A model generated the notes under the pieces. That model saw only the letters and a list, made by a program, of their open reading frames with translations. It did no database searches and was not told where the DNA came from. From Lama glama (Eukaryota): a DNA stretch of 64,000 nucleotides. How positions within the stretch are numbered: the stretch's first letter is position 1; each line of letters starts with the position of its first letter. The translations under genes were made by a program, and so were the position numbers. Positions 52,601 through 64,000 of this stretch are shown here, one piece after another. The DNA lies in contig CM052818.1 in the NCBI GenBank assembly GCA_028534125.1, positions 8,248,001 through 8,312,000 of the forward strand, written 5' to 3'.

Positions 52601-54109
52601 TATATTTAAAAACAATTTCAAATTTGGCTATTTTATGTGACTGCCACTTCAACTAAATTACTGAAGGTTTTTTAGGAAACATTTTTTATTTTTAAAAAAG
52701 TATGAAAGACTGCATGTAATGTCTTTTAATTAAAATCTAACTCATTTTTAAAGCATGATTAAAGAATCCTTAGGTCAAAATGGCATGTCCCCTCTCCCAC
52801 AAAAAAATCCAACGCTTTCTTCAGATATCAATAAATATCAACAGGATAAGAGGCATAATTGCTTTTCCAGGAAGCATCCACAAAACACAGCCTCTCTCCT
52901 CCACAAAAGCTTCTCTTTTCAAAAAAGTATATTCCAGATACCTACACATTTAATTAAACAGATTCTTTCTTAAAGATAATAGAGATACTTTCTTGCTGTC
53001 AAATAAGCAATGCAGTTATTATTCAGTATTCATTTTTAGTTGGTGGTTTCTTTTAGTATTATCACATATAAATATTCCTTATTAAAATTAATGACCTAAT
53101 GAGATTTTTTCCTTCTCATTTTGACATTAAAATTTTGGGGGGAAGGGAGAGAAAGTATGGAAAATGTAGAAAAACTTGCTGAGAACTTGTTAGGTTTTCA
53201 ATTAAGGAATTTTACAAAGATAGCTTGTTGCTGTTCTTAAATTAATTCTGCAACAGAGGCCAAGTGATTTTTTTTTTTTGGTCTTGAATAGTAATGACAC
53301 AGATTTTCCTTACCAATAACGTATATATTAACTACATTTAATACATAAGATACATTTTATTTCTGTATCTCTGAAGAAAACCTTAGTGCCTGTCAGTGCC
53401 TAACGGCATCAATAGTATTAATTCTGCCAAAGGAGCGAATTTATCACTTATTTCACAAATGAAAAAAAAAATCACAATTTATCTGTGAAACTACTATTTT
53501 GAACAAAAATACAAGAAAAAATAATAATTTACTTTTGACACAAAAATTGAAGCCACTCAGTTCTTTGGTCTCTGTAATGTATCAGGCATGAATTTGCTGA
53601 CATTCAGTGCCTCTTCACCTGTTTTTCCTTTCACGTTTAATACCCCATAGCTTTGAGGATTTTTTTCTAGAAAAAACAAACCATTCCCATATCGAGAAAG
53701 GTTGTCTCCAATATGCCCTCAGTAGCTACTGCGTAGCTATAGAATACTGAAATGCTCTACCACAAATGAGGTTACTTCACTCAATCTTTTCAGAGCATCA
53801 GCAACTTAATACGTTGCTCTTGAAGTTCTATGATTTCAAAAAAGTTCTTTAAAAATCCCAAATACGACCTACTCTGTAGCCCTAAAGCACCTCGCACATG
53901 TTCACTGAAGGGTAGACTTTTCTGCCCCTAGAGAATGAGCAAGAGCACATAGACCATGAGTAGAAAACATGAAGATTTCGTTGAGCCCTCAAAGGGAGAA
54001 AACTGTTGACGCCTTAACGGAGCTCAAGGTTCTGAAGTTGCTTCATCGCCTTAAATTGCTTCAATTCTAGTTGCTTCAATTGTATCGCAAACACCAAAAC
54101 GCTAACAAC

Positions 54110-55260
54110 ACATTCTTCCCTCAGGCTAGGGGCGAGCTGAGGACCCTTCTGAAAGAACCTGCCTCTAACAGGTGGCCGGGCCTGGAGGGCCCTGACGCGC
54201 TCCCGCCGCCGCGTGAGCGTCCTCATCCCGCCCCGGCCCGCCACCTGCGCGGTGGCCACGCACCTTCCCCGTCCCACCAAGCTCCCGCGTCCAGAGGTGT
54301 CCCAGCGCCTTGCTGGCTCCCCGTTTCCACTCAGCGTCGCGGGGCCTCGGCGCAGGCTGAGAGGCCCCGGGAGAAGCACGTGCCTCTCCTCTAGGCCTCG
54401 TTCCCCCGGGCGGGAACTCCCGACGAGCCTCCAAGCGCCTGGCCTCCGCTCCCTGTCTGCCAAAGTACGCAGGCGAAGGAAGGTTCTAGAAGCTGCCAAG
54501 TGGCTGGGCCACAGGGACGCTTCCGACCTACGCGGACGCAGCCTCGGCTCAAAGTGTTAATTTCTGAAACGTCCCCGACCGAGTAGAACCAAACAACAAA
54601 TACGAAGAAACTGAGGCCCAGAGGGCGGGGTACCTTGCTCCAGAGGCCATACAGTTGTCCGCGCGGGTGAAGAGCCGGGTCTCATGGTTTCATTCCACCG
54701 CGCAGCCTGGAGGACCGCTCGGCCGCACCGAACCCGCCTCAGGGAACTGCGGGTCGGAGCAGCCCAGCACCTGGGCGTCGAGCAGTCCCGGCGGCTCCTG
54801 CGCGAGCCAGGAGGGGCCCCGGGGGCGAGCCAAGCAGGGTCGGCTGAGGAGAGCGCCCTAGAGGCCTTGCGGCCCCGAAGCCCCGGCCCGTGTCCCAAGG
54901 GCTGGAAGCCTCCCTGCTCTGGACGCCGGCCTGGGTTCCGCCGAATGTGCGGGCCCCGCACTTTAGGGGCCACAGCACAGCCGGGCCTTGCACTCCGAAT
55001 ATCCCTCCGCGGGCGGCGCCGCAAGGCCAGGCTCCGCCGGGCCGCGGCTGCGCCCTCCTGCGGACCTTTGCGGAGTCGGGATGCTGGGCTTAAAGTAGGG
55101 AGGTGCAGTGCGCCGGAGCCGGGCCTACGGAGTCCGGAGGGAGGACGCGGCCGAGGAGGCTTTTCTCCAGCCGGGGCTCGCAGCCCCGGCCTTGCTCGGC
55201 GCGGGACCCTAGAGGGAGGGGTCGTTCTCCAAACCCGGCCTCACGCAGTATCCTCAGGTC
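54110..55260. promoter_or_regulatory. CpG island about 1 kb downstream of the OTX1 3' end
   Basis: Abrupt GC- and CpG-rich block next to AT-rich DNA; GC box cccgcccc near 54227. Confidence 0.8.
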
Positions 55261-56219
55261 TCACACGAAATAAAAAGAACAGGGTGTGTTTGGTCACTTC
55301 GCAGGAAACTTTTCGTTGTTTCCTTATTTCCTTCCCGCCCTTGGACAAGTTGAGCAGCTTCTCAGCCTTAAACCCAGGAGGTTTCAGACCAAACAGAGCC
55401 TGGACTCCGGGTTTTCTGGGGGATCATCCCATCCATCCCCACCCCACCCCCATCCCACCCCACCCTGTCTTCCTCGGGGATAGGTGGCAGTGTCCTTACG
55501 AAACCCTGCTGCAACCCTGGAGTCTTCTTCCCCTGCCAAAATGAAAAGCGTCCCTGTCGACTTTTCTAGATTTTGTGTTTGCATTTTAGAGAAACTTCAC
55601 AATACGGACAAAGATATTTGGCTACTTCTGGCAGGGCCTGAGGGTTTAAAGGGACACATTAGCACGTGGAAGCGATGACTCGGATTCCCTCCAGCCTCCA
55701 GGAAGCCACCCGGGACAGCTCAGCAGAAAGGAAGATTGTCTGCTGCCAACATGCAAGACATGGATCAGTTTTTTTGTCGTTTTGTTTTCTTTTCCTTTTT
55801 GGCTCAGCTCTGAGAGCATTACAGAGCTATCCTTTCCCGCCTCCCGACCCTCTTCCCCTCCCCCTCTTCTTTCTGGTGCAGGCAATTAGGGTGAAGAAAT
55901 CAGTGCCAGGCTCCTGCCTCTGAAGAGAAAGGAATTGCTTCGGGAATTGAGTCCTGACACCTGTCTCTGTCCTGGATGGAGAGAGGGGATGCAGGGTCAA
56001 AACGCCTGGGGGAAGAGGCCGGGCTAATCGGGAGAGGGGACCCTCCTAAGAGAGCGTTTCTGGGGACTCCTCTTGCCACGCCTTCCCGCCTCATCCTTTG
56101 GCCTCCAGCTTCACACAGGTTGTTAACACCCGGGTTACTAACACGCGAGTTTCCCTCTTTTTGGTTCCCCCCACCCTAGACCGGGACCTGGGCTGGAATC
56201 AGAAGAGCAACACTGACAA

Positions 56220-57679
56220 GCCGTTCATTAATTTGCATTTATTTTCGGGAAATAATGTAGATAAAGGGGGAGGAAGGGGACTGCCTTACATTTCAACAAG
56301 TAATTTGCGATCTTCACATCGGACAAATCAAATTTACAAATTACTTTCCCACCTACTGGACGAAACGGCCAAAGCCAAAACTGATATACAAGCGCGGGCT
56401 CTCCGCAGGTTTCGGAGAATGAAGGTGCACTAAAAACTCACTAGACAAAACAGGGCTGTTAAAAAAGATAGAAGCTGACAGAGGAATTGGAACCAGGTTT
56501 TGGGGCCTGGATTTGTTTGTTTTTCCATAATGCTGTATTTTTAAATTTTAGTTTAGTTTTCTTTTGTTTTTGGCCTCTAAATAGGAACTGCTATCTTGTG
56601 CTTAGACCTGGTAAAGGGCTCAGTCCTGCGCCCCGCCCAGCCCCTCCCCTGCGCCCTGACTTGGCTATTTCCTCCACACCCCCAGGCCCTCCCGATCCTC
56701 TGCGCGCAGCTTCTTGAAACCAAACGGTTCTCTTTAATAAATACACAGAGGGAGCAGGTGTGAGCGGGCAGGGAAGCTTTGCAACAACTGAAAAAGTAAA
56801 ATCTCCATCGTTTGAGGAAGAGAGGAAGGGAGACAGAGGGAAAATATTTTTTGCTTTTGTTTATATATAGTGTGTATATATATATAAGCTGTATATATCT
56901 TAAAGTTCTATTTCTTGGGGGCTAGGACGAGATATACTCAGTTCAATCAACAGCAACTAAAAAGTTTAAGTGGTCCCTGGAACGGACCTGACTATGTACA
57001 GCATTCCCTCGGAGGCGGAAGCCTGAGCCAGTTCTACGCAGGGCGGGGCTGTGCGCGAGAGGCTAGGGGCTCGCTCCTCCCTCCGGCCTCGTCCCAGCGC
57101 ATCCGGCTGGGGAGGAGGAAATGCCGGGAAGCTCTGGCCTGCAGGCAGGGAGCGGGGCTGAGGGCAGCTGAAGGGGTGGCAGTCTGCACGCGAGCAACAC
57201 TTAGTGGTGGTTTTGATTTGGAGTAAAGTGTAGGTGCACTCCAATGGGCAGACATGCCAGTTAGTGACTCCAGTGTCCAGAAAGAATAAATTAAAGTGTA
57301 GGGCTCAAACAGCAAGTCAGAGTGAAGAGCCTCCGAAGGCTGCAAGTGCGTATCTGTCCAGAAAGACTGGAAGAGGGTGGCTTAGGAGTTCATTAGGGTT
57401 GAGGGCAGCACGCAGCTCTCCCGTGTAGAACTTGTGGGCCAAGCCGAAGCACCAGTCCCCTCATCCAAGAGGTGGTCAGGGTTTGCACATCCCTCAAGCA
57501 AGTGGCATAAAGATGAGGGCGGCAGTGCAGGCAATGGGTATCTTTTGGGGGCATGAAATTTCAGGTCTGGAGAAGCTGAGGCAAAGGCGGGCGGTGCAGC
57601 AGCAGCAGCAACAATAGGACGGGGACCATGGAGAGCGCAGGTAGTTGCGTTTCTTCTCCTCTTCCTCCCACTCCGGGGC
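56220..57679 (-). other. OTX1: OTX1 3' UTR (approximate end)
   Basis: Lies between the stop codon and the first downstream minus-strand AATAAA I found. Confidence 0.7.
56238..56243 (-). terminator. OTX1: Probable OTX1 polyadenylation signal AATAAA
   Basis: tttatt on +; about 1.45 kb after the stop; GU-rich sequence downstream on -. Confidence 0.7.
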
Positions 57680-58498
57680 TCACAAGACCTGGAACCGCCA
57701 TGAGGCTTGGTCCTTATAGTCCAGACAGTCAGGAGAGTTGAAGTTGAGTTTCCAAGCGGAGGAAGCGGCAGCGGCGCCAGGCTCCTTGTAATCCAAGCAG
57801 TCGGCAGAGTTGAAGGCGAGCCCTGAGCCTCCGTAGCCCTGGTGGTGGTGGTGGTGATGGTGGTGGTGGTGGCCTGAGGACTGGCTCAACGCGTGGTGCG
57901 CGTGGGGATGGTGGTGATGGTGGCTCGCCATGGAGGAGGGTGCCATAGGGCTGAGCTGGTGAGGGTGGTGGTGCGAGTGCATGGGCGCCAGATATGAGCT
58001 GCAGTCCACTCCGCCAAAGTAGGAAGAGGAGGGAGCAGGGTAGCCCTGGCCATAGCTGCCGCCCTGTCCGTAGGACATGGGATAGGAGGCTGCGGCTGAG
58101 GCGGCGCCTGCGGCTACCGAGCGCTGCATACATGATGCGTTGCTGGGCGCGGCCAAAGGCTCGGGCACCGATACGGACGCCGGGGCTGAGCCAGGTGAAA
58201 TGGAGGCCGGACTCCAGATGGACGAGGCAGCCGGCGTACTCAACGACGACGGGACTGCCACCGCCGGGTTCCCGCCCAGGCCTGCGGCCGCTGCAGCCGC
58301 CGGGTTGGTGGAGGCGCTCGATGCCGAGCTAGAGGACGAGGCTGAGCTGGACACAGCGGGCGGCGTGAACTGGCCGCTGCTCTCCGAGCCCGAGCTCTCC
58401 CGCACAGGGGAGGACTTCTTCTTGGCGGGGCGACTCTTGGTCCCGCTTCCGCTCTGCTGCTGCTGGCGGCATTTGGCGCGGCGGTTCTTGAACCAGAC
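57680..58498 (-). CDS. OTX1: OTX1 last coding exon (homeodomain helix 3, SIWSPA motif, His tracts, OTX tail)
   Basis: cag|GTC TGG TTC AAG AAC gives [14 protein letters not shown] (K50); [10 protein letters not shown]; poly-His; duplicated DCLDYK tail ending SWRFQVL*. Confidence 0.99.
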   Translation of the reverse strand, partial: VWFKNRRAKCRQQQQSGSGTKSRPAKKKSSPVRESSGSESSGQFTPPAVSSSASSSSSASSASTNPAAAAAAGLGGNPAVAVPSSLSTPAASSIWSPASISPGSAPASVSVPEPLAAPSNASCMQRSVAAGAASAAASYPMSYGQGGSYGQGYPAPSSSYFGGVDCSSYLAPMHSHHHPHQLSPMAPSSMASHHHHHPHAHHALSQSSGHHHHHHHHHHQGYGGSGLAFNSADCLDYKEPGAAAASSAWKLNFNSPDCLDYKDQASWRFQVL

Positions 58499-59656
58499 CT
58501 GCAGCGGGCCGGGTAGGGGAGAGTGTGTTAGGGGAGAGTAGAGCTTGCCACTCCCCCGCCCCTTAGACTACCACCTGGCCTAGGATTCGCATCCCTCTCC
58601 TACCGAGGCCTCACACATTCCCTATCTCCGGCCCCGCCAGAGCCTAAGCCTGCGTTCCCAGCTCCTCCACCTTCCCCCTCCTTCTGCTCAAAGACCTTCC
58701 ACTGGCAAAGTAGGGATGTGCACCTCCCCACCCCCAGAGCAATTCTGTCCTAAGGCGGAACATTTGCGTCTGTCCAGCCAGAAGTTCAGCCATCTCTAAA
58801 CTGCTGCTGTTGGCTGTTTCCCAACAGCCCCTTATATATTTGGAGGCCCTGTCTTCGATGAATAGAGCTCAGGAAACTACAGAGAGGCTCAGGGCAGGCC
58901 GCAGAGTGCGGGACAGTCACCAAGTCTGAGGCCTGAGCCACTCTGTCCCTGGAGGCCTGATGCTGGGCAGGATGAGAATTTGGGTGGGAGCAGGAGCAAG
59001 GCCTGGAGGCTGAACAGAGGCAGTACTCGGGGGACTAAGGAAGGAAGCCTGGGCAGAATTTCGTTGGACTTCTTGGATCCAAATGAGGAACCAAATAGTA
59101 AAGTCATAAAGTTTTCACTCCTCTTGGAAGGCCCCCGTATATGGCATGGCATTCCTGGTTCTTTCTCGAGCCTCCAGGAAAAGAAGGCAAGATAAAAGGC
59201 CTTTGAGGAAAGCTCTGAGTTATAATCCGAACACTGTCTTCGGGCCCCATTCATTGCAAAAACAGAAACAGCAAAGCTGGTAGCCAGGTTTTGCGTTCGT
59301 CATCCTCTCCGGATAAAAGAAATGTCTAATCAAACTGGCGCCACCTGTGAAGCGCACTCCCAGACAGGGCACCAGGCTCCAGCCAAGCCCCCCTCTTCCA
59401 TTTCCAGGATCCCCGGGATGCATGGCAAGGGCGGAGGCAGAATTCAGGACCCCGAAGGAAACAGTCAAGACTTGGGGAGACCAAAGAAGCAGGGCCAAGT
59501 GTCGGGCCCTCAGGTCACATTACCTTCTGGAGCCTCGCCTGTCCTCCTGCAACCCTAAAAAGGACTTTGGATAGCAAAGGCGCCCCGGGGCCAGGGGTCG
59601 AATCCAGAGCTAGTTCGTTTATTTTGCCCCTTCTTCCAGGCCCGGGCCCAGCGCTA

Positions 59657-59950
<294 letters not shown>

Positions 59951-60044
59951 TCAGTGGTGGCCACGCGGACTCGCGTTAGAGGACGCGGACAGGCCCCTGG
60001 CAGGCCCTGAACCAGGTCTTTGCAAAAGAAAGGCGAGCTCCAAG

Positions 60045-60099
60045 AAAACAAACCAACCAAAAAACAAAACAAAACAAAACAAAACCAAAAAACAAAAAC
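60045..60099. repeat. (AAAAC)n / A-rich simple repeat in an OTX1 intron
   Basis: Visible directly. Confidence 0.9.
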
Positions 60100-60830
60100 A
60101 TCCCACCTCCGGGAGGTCGAACCTGACAGGCTACAGGTGGGAGAAAAAGCATGTGTACGATAGGAAGCTAGTGTCTCCGACACTCCAGGGTTGCCCCCTT
60201 TCCTGACTCTCAGAGGTTAAGAAAGGGGAAGTTATACAATCGTCCTTCCTTCACCGCCCCCATCAACACTCTCCCAGGCTGGAAAGGTGGGGGAGGGGTG
60301 TGCAGAGGCATGTCCTGGAAAACACTTTCCGAGTGAGTAAATGGGAGCTAGAAAAGCAAGCCAGGATTTGGCTCAAGCCGTCCACATCAGCGGTGCAAAA
60401 GTTGGTGCAGGCCACCGGTCTAGAGGACAATTTAGTTAGGGAGGGAGAATCGCTCTTCCTCAGCTCAGCCAATCTCTACACAAGGCAAGCTCAGCCTTTC
60501 CTGCTAGAGCCTAGCAAGTGTCCAGATTCCTCATTCAAGATAAGGGGAAAGGCAGAGATTCACACAAAAGCCCCCCAAAAGCCACGCATGGGAAATGAAT
60601 CCTTAGGGAAATGAGCCCTGTGCCCAGTTGCCGGTGCTGCCAGGCCTGGAGGGTGCCCGGCGCAACTCAGGCCCTCCTCACCGACCAGCGACTCTGCCCT
60701 GCAAGCCTGCAGCGTGCCCTGCATTGTAAGCAGACTAGGTAACCGGCACTCTGGACCTGCTAGCCGACAAAGCTTGTGCTTAAACCCGGGAGGCTGGGGA
60801 ACCCCAAGATTTGCAGGGGCCGGTGCTCAC

Positions 60831-60927
60831 CCGGATAGCCCACGGAGGGGTGCAGAAGGTCCATGGCCGGCCCCGCCAGGCCCAGTCCGTTCATGCCGTA
60901 TGGAGGTTGTTTGAGGTAAGACATCAT
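60831..60927 (-). CDS. OTX1: OTX1 first coding exon, CDS part (97 nt)
   Basis: [32 protein letters not shown]; donor G|gtgagc. 97+152+819=1068 nt = 355 aa plus stop. Confidence 0.99.
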
Positions 60928-61036
60928 GCTAACAGCTGGGTGGAGGCGCCCCGACGGATCCAGGGGGCCGGGGCGGGCGCAGTGCGGGGCTCCCACCGCG
61001 CAGTCGTTCAGCCTCTGTTGTGTCTGGGGTCCCTGC
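60928..61036 (-). other. OTX1: OTX1 5' UTR part of the first coding exon
   Basis: Acceptor tctcgtgtctccatag|GCAGGG at 61037/61036. A closer acceptor ctccacccag|CTGTTAGCATG is also possible. Confidence 0.6.
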
Positions 61037-62624
61037 CTATGGAGACACGAGATACACCGAAACCGTCATCGGAGCCATCATGGCTTCCTGGTCTTGTCGG
61101 GGGCAAGGAACCACGAAATGCGGCGGCTACACAGCCCATGGAACTGCGCAGGGCGGTCAACTCGGCTCTACAAGGCCTTAGCCCAAAGACCAGGATTTCT
61201 TTGAAAAGTAAACTTTGCTGGATCGTCATCACCTCTTTTCGGGCTTGGAATGGGCCAGACACTCGTAGAGGGTCGCTAGGAGTGAGGAGAGGTTAAAAGC
61301 GGGGCCAACCTTGGGAGGTCAGAGCCTGGACCGCGGAGTGTGTAAGGTCCCAAGTCTAGGCAGAATTCTGGTCGGGTGGGAGGCCGGCTTCACACTGCAT
61401 AAGCAAACGTTCACTTGGTGCCCGGGCAGCCCGGAGCACGAGAGGTTGTTTCGTTCTGTTTCAAACGTTTTTGAAAAATGGGACGAACAGGTACAATCCA
61501 GAGAGCCAAAGTGAGGCACTGCAGAGGGCTAGCAGCACCTGGGCCTCCCCGGGACTCACTGCCTACTTGAGAGAGTACGTTCCTTCCAAGGTCCCAGCCG
61601 CAGAACCCACAGTCACCCTTCCAGTTGACCTCTCTGTGCCCAGCCGCTGAAAATATCGCTCACCCGGAATCCCGCCCACACCGCAACAGAAGTTAAGGGC
61701 CCAGGTCCCGCAGAGGCGACCAGGAGACGAAGAAGGGGCCACTGAACAGCTGGCGGATCTAAGACTCGGCCCGAGGTCACGGGCACCTTGCCAAAGCCGC
61801 AGGCCCTTCTTCGCCAACGCAAGCCGGTCCTTCTTTCTGCCAGGTCCTGGCTGCGGACAATAGGGGAACCAGAGGGGTCTAAAAGGTGACCCGGACAGCG
61901 CCCCGAAGGGTCTCAAGGATTTGGGAGGCATGAGAGCAGTATGTCTGGTGCCTTCCCTGCTTTTCCTACTAGCTGAACCCGCGGCCCTTGGACCCGATCG
62001 GGACTAGAGAACTAGGCCTCGGCGGCGTAGCTCGCGCTGACCCGGGCTGGAAGGTCGAAACCTGGCTTCCCCAGTTGCCCCAAACCTGAGGGGCTACAGT
62101 CAGGGGTCAGGTAGTGGTGCTAGGGAAGTGGGACTAAGGCCTCAGAGCACCTGTCGCTTCATCCCGCTTCACAGGAACTCAAATCAGATCTGGGACGCGA
62201 GCGAGGAAGTTCAGGGAAAGAAGTTATAGCTAAAGAAGCCTCTAGCTCCTACCCCCCGGAACCCACGGCCTGGGCCGGGGAAACCCAGTTTGCAGGGAAG
62301 GCGATGGAAGGGAAACACCCGGGGCTCTTGGGCCTATGGAGAACGGGAGTCGGCCACGGCGACTCTGCTAGGCTGCAGCGTGAGTTTTCAAATACTTTCT
62401 TCAAACTTAGCACTTCTACTCGGTTACTTCGGCGGAGGCGGGGGAGGGGAGCGGGGCCGCAGCAGAACTCTGGGGTCGTCCGAGCACCAAGAGGAGAGCC
62501 AGGCCGCTCCCCAACCCCGCCCATGTGCGGGGGTCCTGGGAAGCGGGCACCCGTTTGAGGAGGGGGAGGCAAGAGCAACCGACGAGTTCGTAGAGTCCCG
62601 GGCGGCCCGCGGCTTTCTCCTTAC

Positions 62625-62693
62625 CTGCCTTCAGCTGAGGGGGCCGCTCACCATCTACCTCGCGCCCTCACACAGACCCGCCGGGCGGCCAAC
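62625..62693 (-). other. OTX1: OTX1 non-coding exon (69 nt)
   Basis: Strong acceptor cctctctgttttgcag|GTT and donor CAG|gtaagg. Confidence 0.75.
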
Positions 62694-63051
62694 CTGCAAA
62701 ACAGAGAGGCACAGGAATTACCTGCCGGGCTGGGTGGTTGGTCTAGGGCCCCCAGATTTCTTTCTTTCCCCAACTTCCCTCCTCCCTTTCTCTTTTTTTC
62801 CAGTGGCTTTGTGCGTGTCCCTCCAGGTTTCACTTTACTGCACACTTTGTTTGCAAAACCCTGTACGCTCCCGGGAGACTATCTCGCCCGGGACCGCGCC
62901 GAGGGGCCCGCAAGGAGGAGGATGGGGGTGAGATGGGCAGAGTTGGGAGGTGGCTCGCGGTTGCTGTTGCACTCTGTGCAACGTGGAGGAGGTGGGGGCT
63001 GGGGAAGTCCTGCAGAGGCACTTTGCAAACTAAATAAATCAAGCGATTTAC

Positions 63052-63147
63052 CTTGTCGGAGTGCCTTGTCTTGCCCGGTTGTTTAGGTGATTGGAAATGT
63101 AGCCTGATGAAGATTGATCACCTTTCTACTGCCCTCCCCGGGTATGT
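63052..63147 (-). other. OTX1: OTX1 proximal first exon (non-coding)
   Basis: Donor AAG|gtaaat; sequence ACATACCCGGGGAGGGCAGTAGAAAGG resembles the recalled human OTX1 mRNA 5' end. Confidence 0.7.
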
Positions 63148-63330
63148 GAACGCGAGGTGAGTGCGTAACGGGGCGAGGCTGCCAATCCCTGGCCCCGCGC
63201 GGGCTGAGTGACAGGGAGCCGGGCAATGGCAGCACGAGCCGGGGGTTACCTCCGCGCGCCCCCGCCCTCCCCCGCCCCCTGCACCCCGCCCTCACCGCCC
63301 GCCCGCCCCGCCCCGGTCGCGCGCTAACTC
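63148..63330 (-). promoter_or_regulatory. OTX1: OTX1 proximal promoter (CCAAT box, clustered GC boxes, G-quadruplex-prone tract)
   Basis: ccaat at 63182-63186; multiple ccgccc at about 63260-63315; within a CpG island. Confidence 0.7.
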
Positions 63331-63789
63331 CGGAGCTCGGCTGGCAAACGCCGCGCAGAGCGCGGCGAGGAAGGCGAGAGCAGTGCGGGAGCCCAGGCCG
63401 CTGAGGGGGGACGCTGGTCCCGAGGCCCCCCGCCCTTCTCTCGCCCTTTCGGCGCCCTGGAGGGAGTGGCAGAGAGAGGAGGCGAGGTGCTGGAGAACCG
63501 GTTCCCTCCCTCTCCAGCGCACCACCCTGCTCGGCGGCTGGGTTGGGGCGCGAGAACCCGGGAGCCGCAGACTGGAGGGGAGCGGGCCCCCGGCCCCCTC
63601 TCAGAGCCGCCAGCCCCAGCGTCTTCATTCACCGCGCCACGACCTGCAGACGGACGCCGCGGGCCGCTGGTGCTGGCACAGACTACTTTGCCGAGCGCGG
63701 GAGCAGCTCCGAGTGCGCAGATCCTGCCTCGGCGCCTCGGGACTCCTGCGCCCGGGAACAGCACCCGCAGGGCAGGCACCGCCACTTAC

Positions 63790-63881
63790 CTGCTCTTCGG
63801 CGTCTCCTGGGGTTCCCAGTCCCCACGAAGACTGTGTGCAAATCTTAAACGCTTCTTCAGAAATGTTGGCGCCCAGAGTCC
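63790..63881 (-). other. OTX1: OTX1 alternative distal first exon (non-coding; start approximate)
   Basis: Consensus donor CAG|gtaagt at 63790/63789; resembles the recalled alternative human OTX1 leader. Confidence 0.6.
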
Positions 63882-64000
63882 CCTCCCCCTTACACACACT
63901 CTCTACTTCTGAACCGAAAGATTTGGATAGGAAACTTTCTCTTTCCCGCTGTCTCCTTCCCCGTCTCCTACCACGGACAATCTGGTGGAAAACGTGGGCA

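Noticed and set aside
54014..55544. Long Arg/Pro/Gly-rich ORFs (286 aa, 161 aa, 155 aa)
   Set aside because: Stop-poor GC-rich CpG-island sequence; they overlap on both strands and have no recognisable domain.
57729..58541. Alternative-frame and antisense ORFs over the OTX1 last exon
   Set aside because: Shadow ORFs of a GC-rich coding exon.
62249..63912. Multiple ORFs up to 213 aa upstream of the OTX1 CDS
   Set aside because: Promoter CpG island; low-complexity translations with no homology I recognise.

Overview
Mammalian genomic DNA, probably camelid: two tRNA-derived SINEs resemble Vic-1, and I saw no ruminant Bov-type SINEs. The window is syntenic with the WDPCP-OTX1 interval. The last two coding exons of WDPCP lie on + (1882-1913 and 20452-20502). 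The complete OTX1 gene lies convergently on - (CDS 60927-60831, 59922-59771, 58498-57680; 355 aa), inside a GC/CpG-rich, nearly transposon-free domain from about 54 kb onward. The rest is AT-rich and dense in L1, L2, MIR, MaLR and hAT remnants, many with readable target-site duplications (TSDs). There are two 500-N gaps, both inside young L1 copies. I see no evidence of a new multi-gene system. The most unusual signals are: (1) a decayed intronless BAIAP2L1 retrocopy that also carries the unspliced terminal exon of BRI3 in antisense and has acceptor-like remnants at several exon junctions; (2) a SINE whose TSD also encloses an ancient MER3-like fragment, suggesting 3' transduction; (3) an 80-bp spacer-free microsatellite palindrome. 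All family and gene assignments come from recalled sequences, not database searches.
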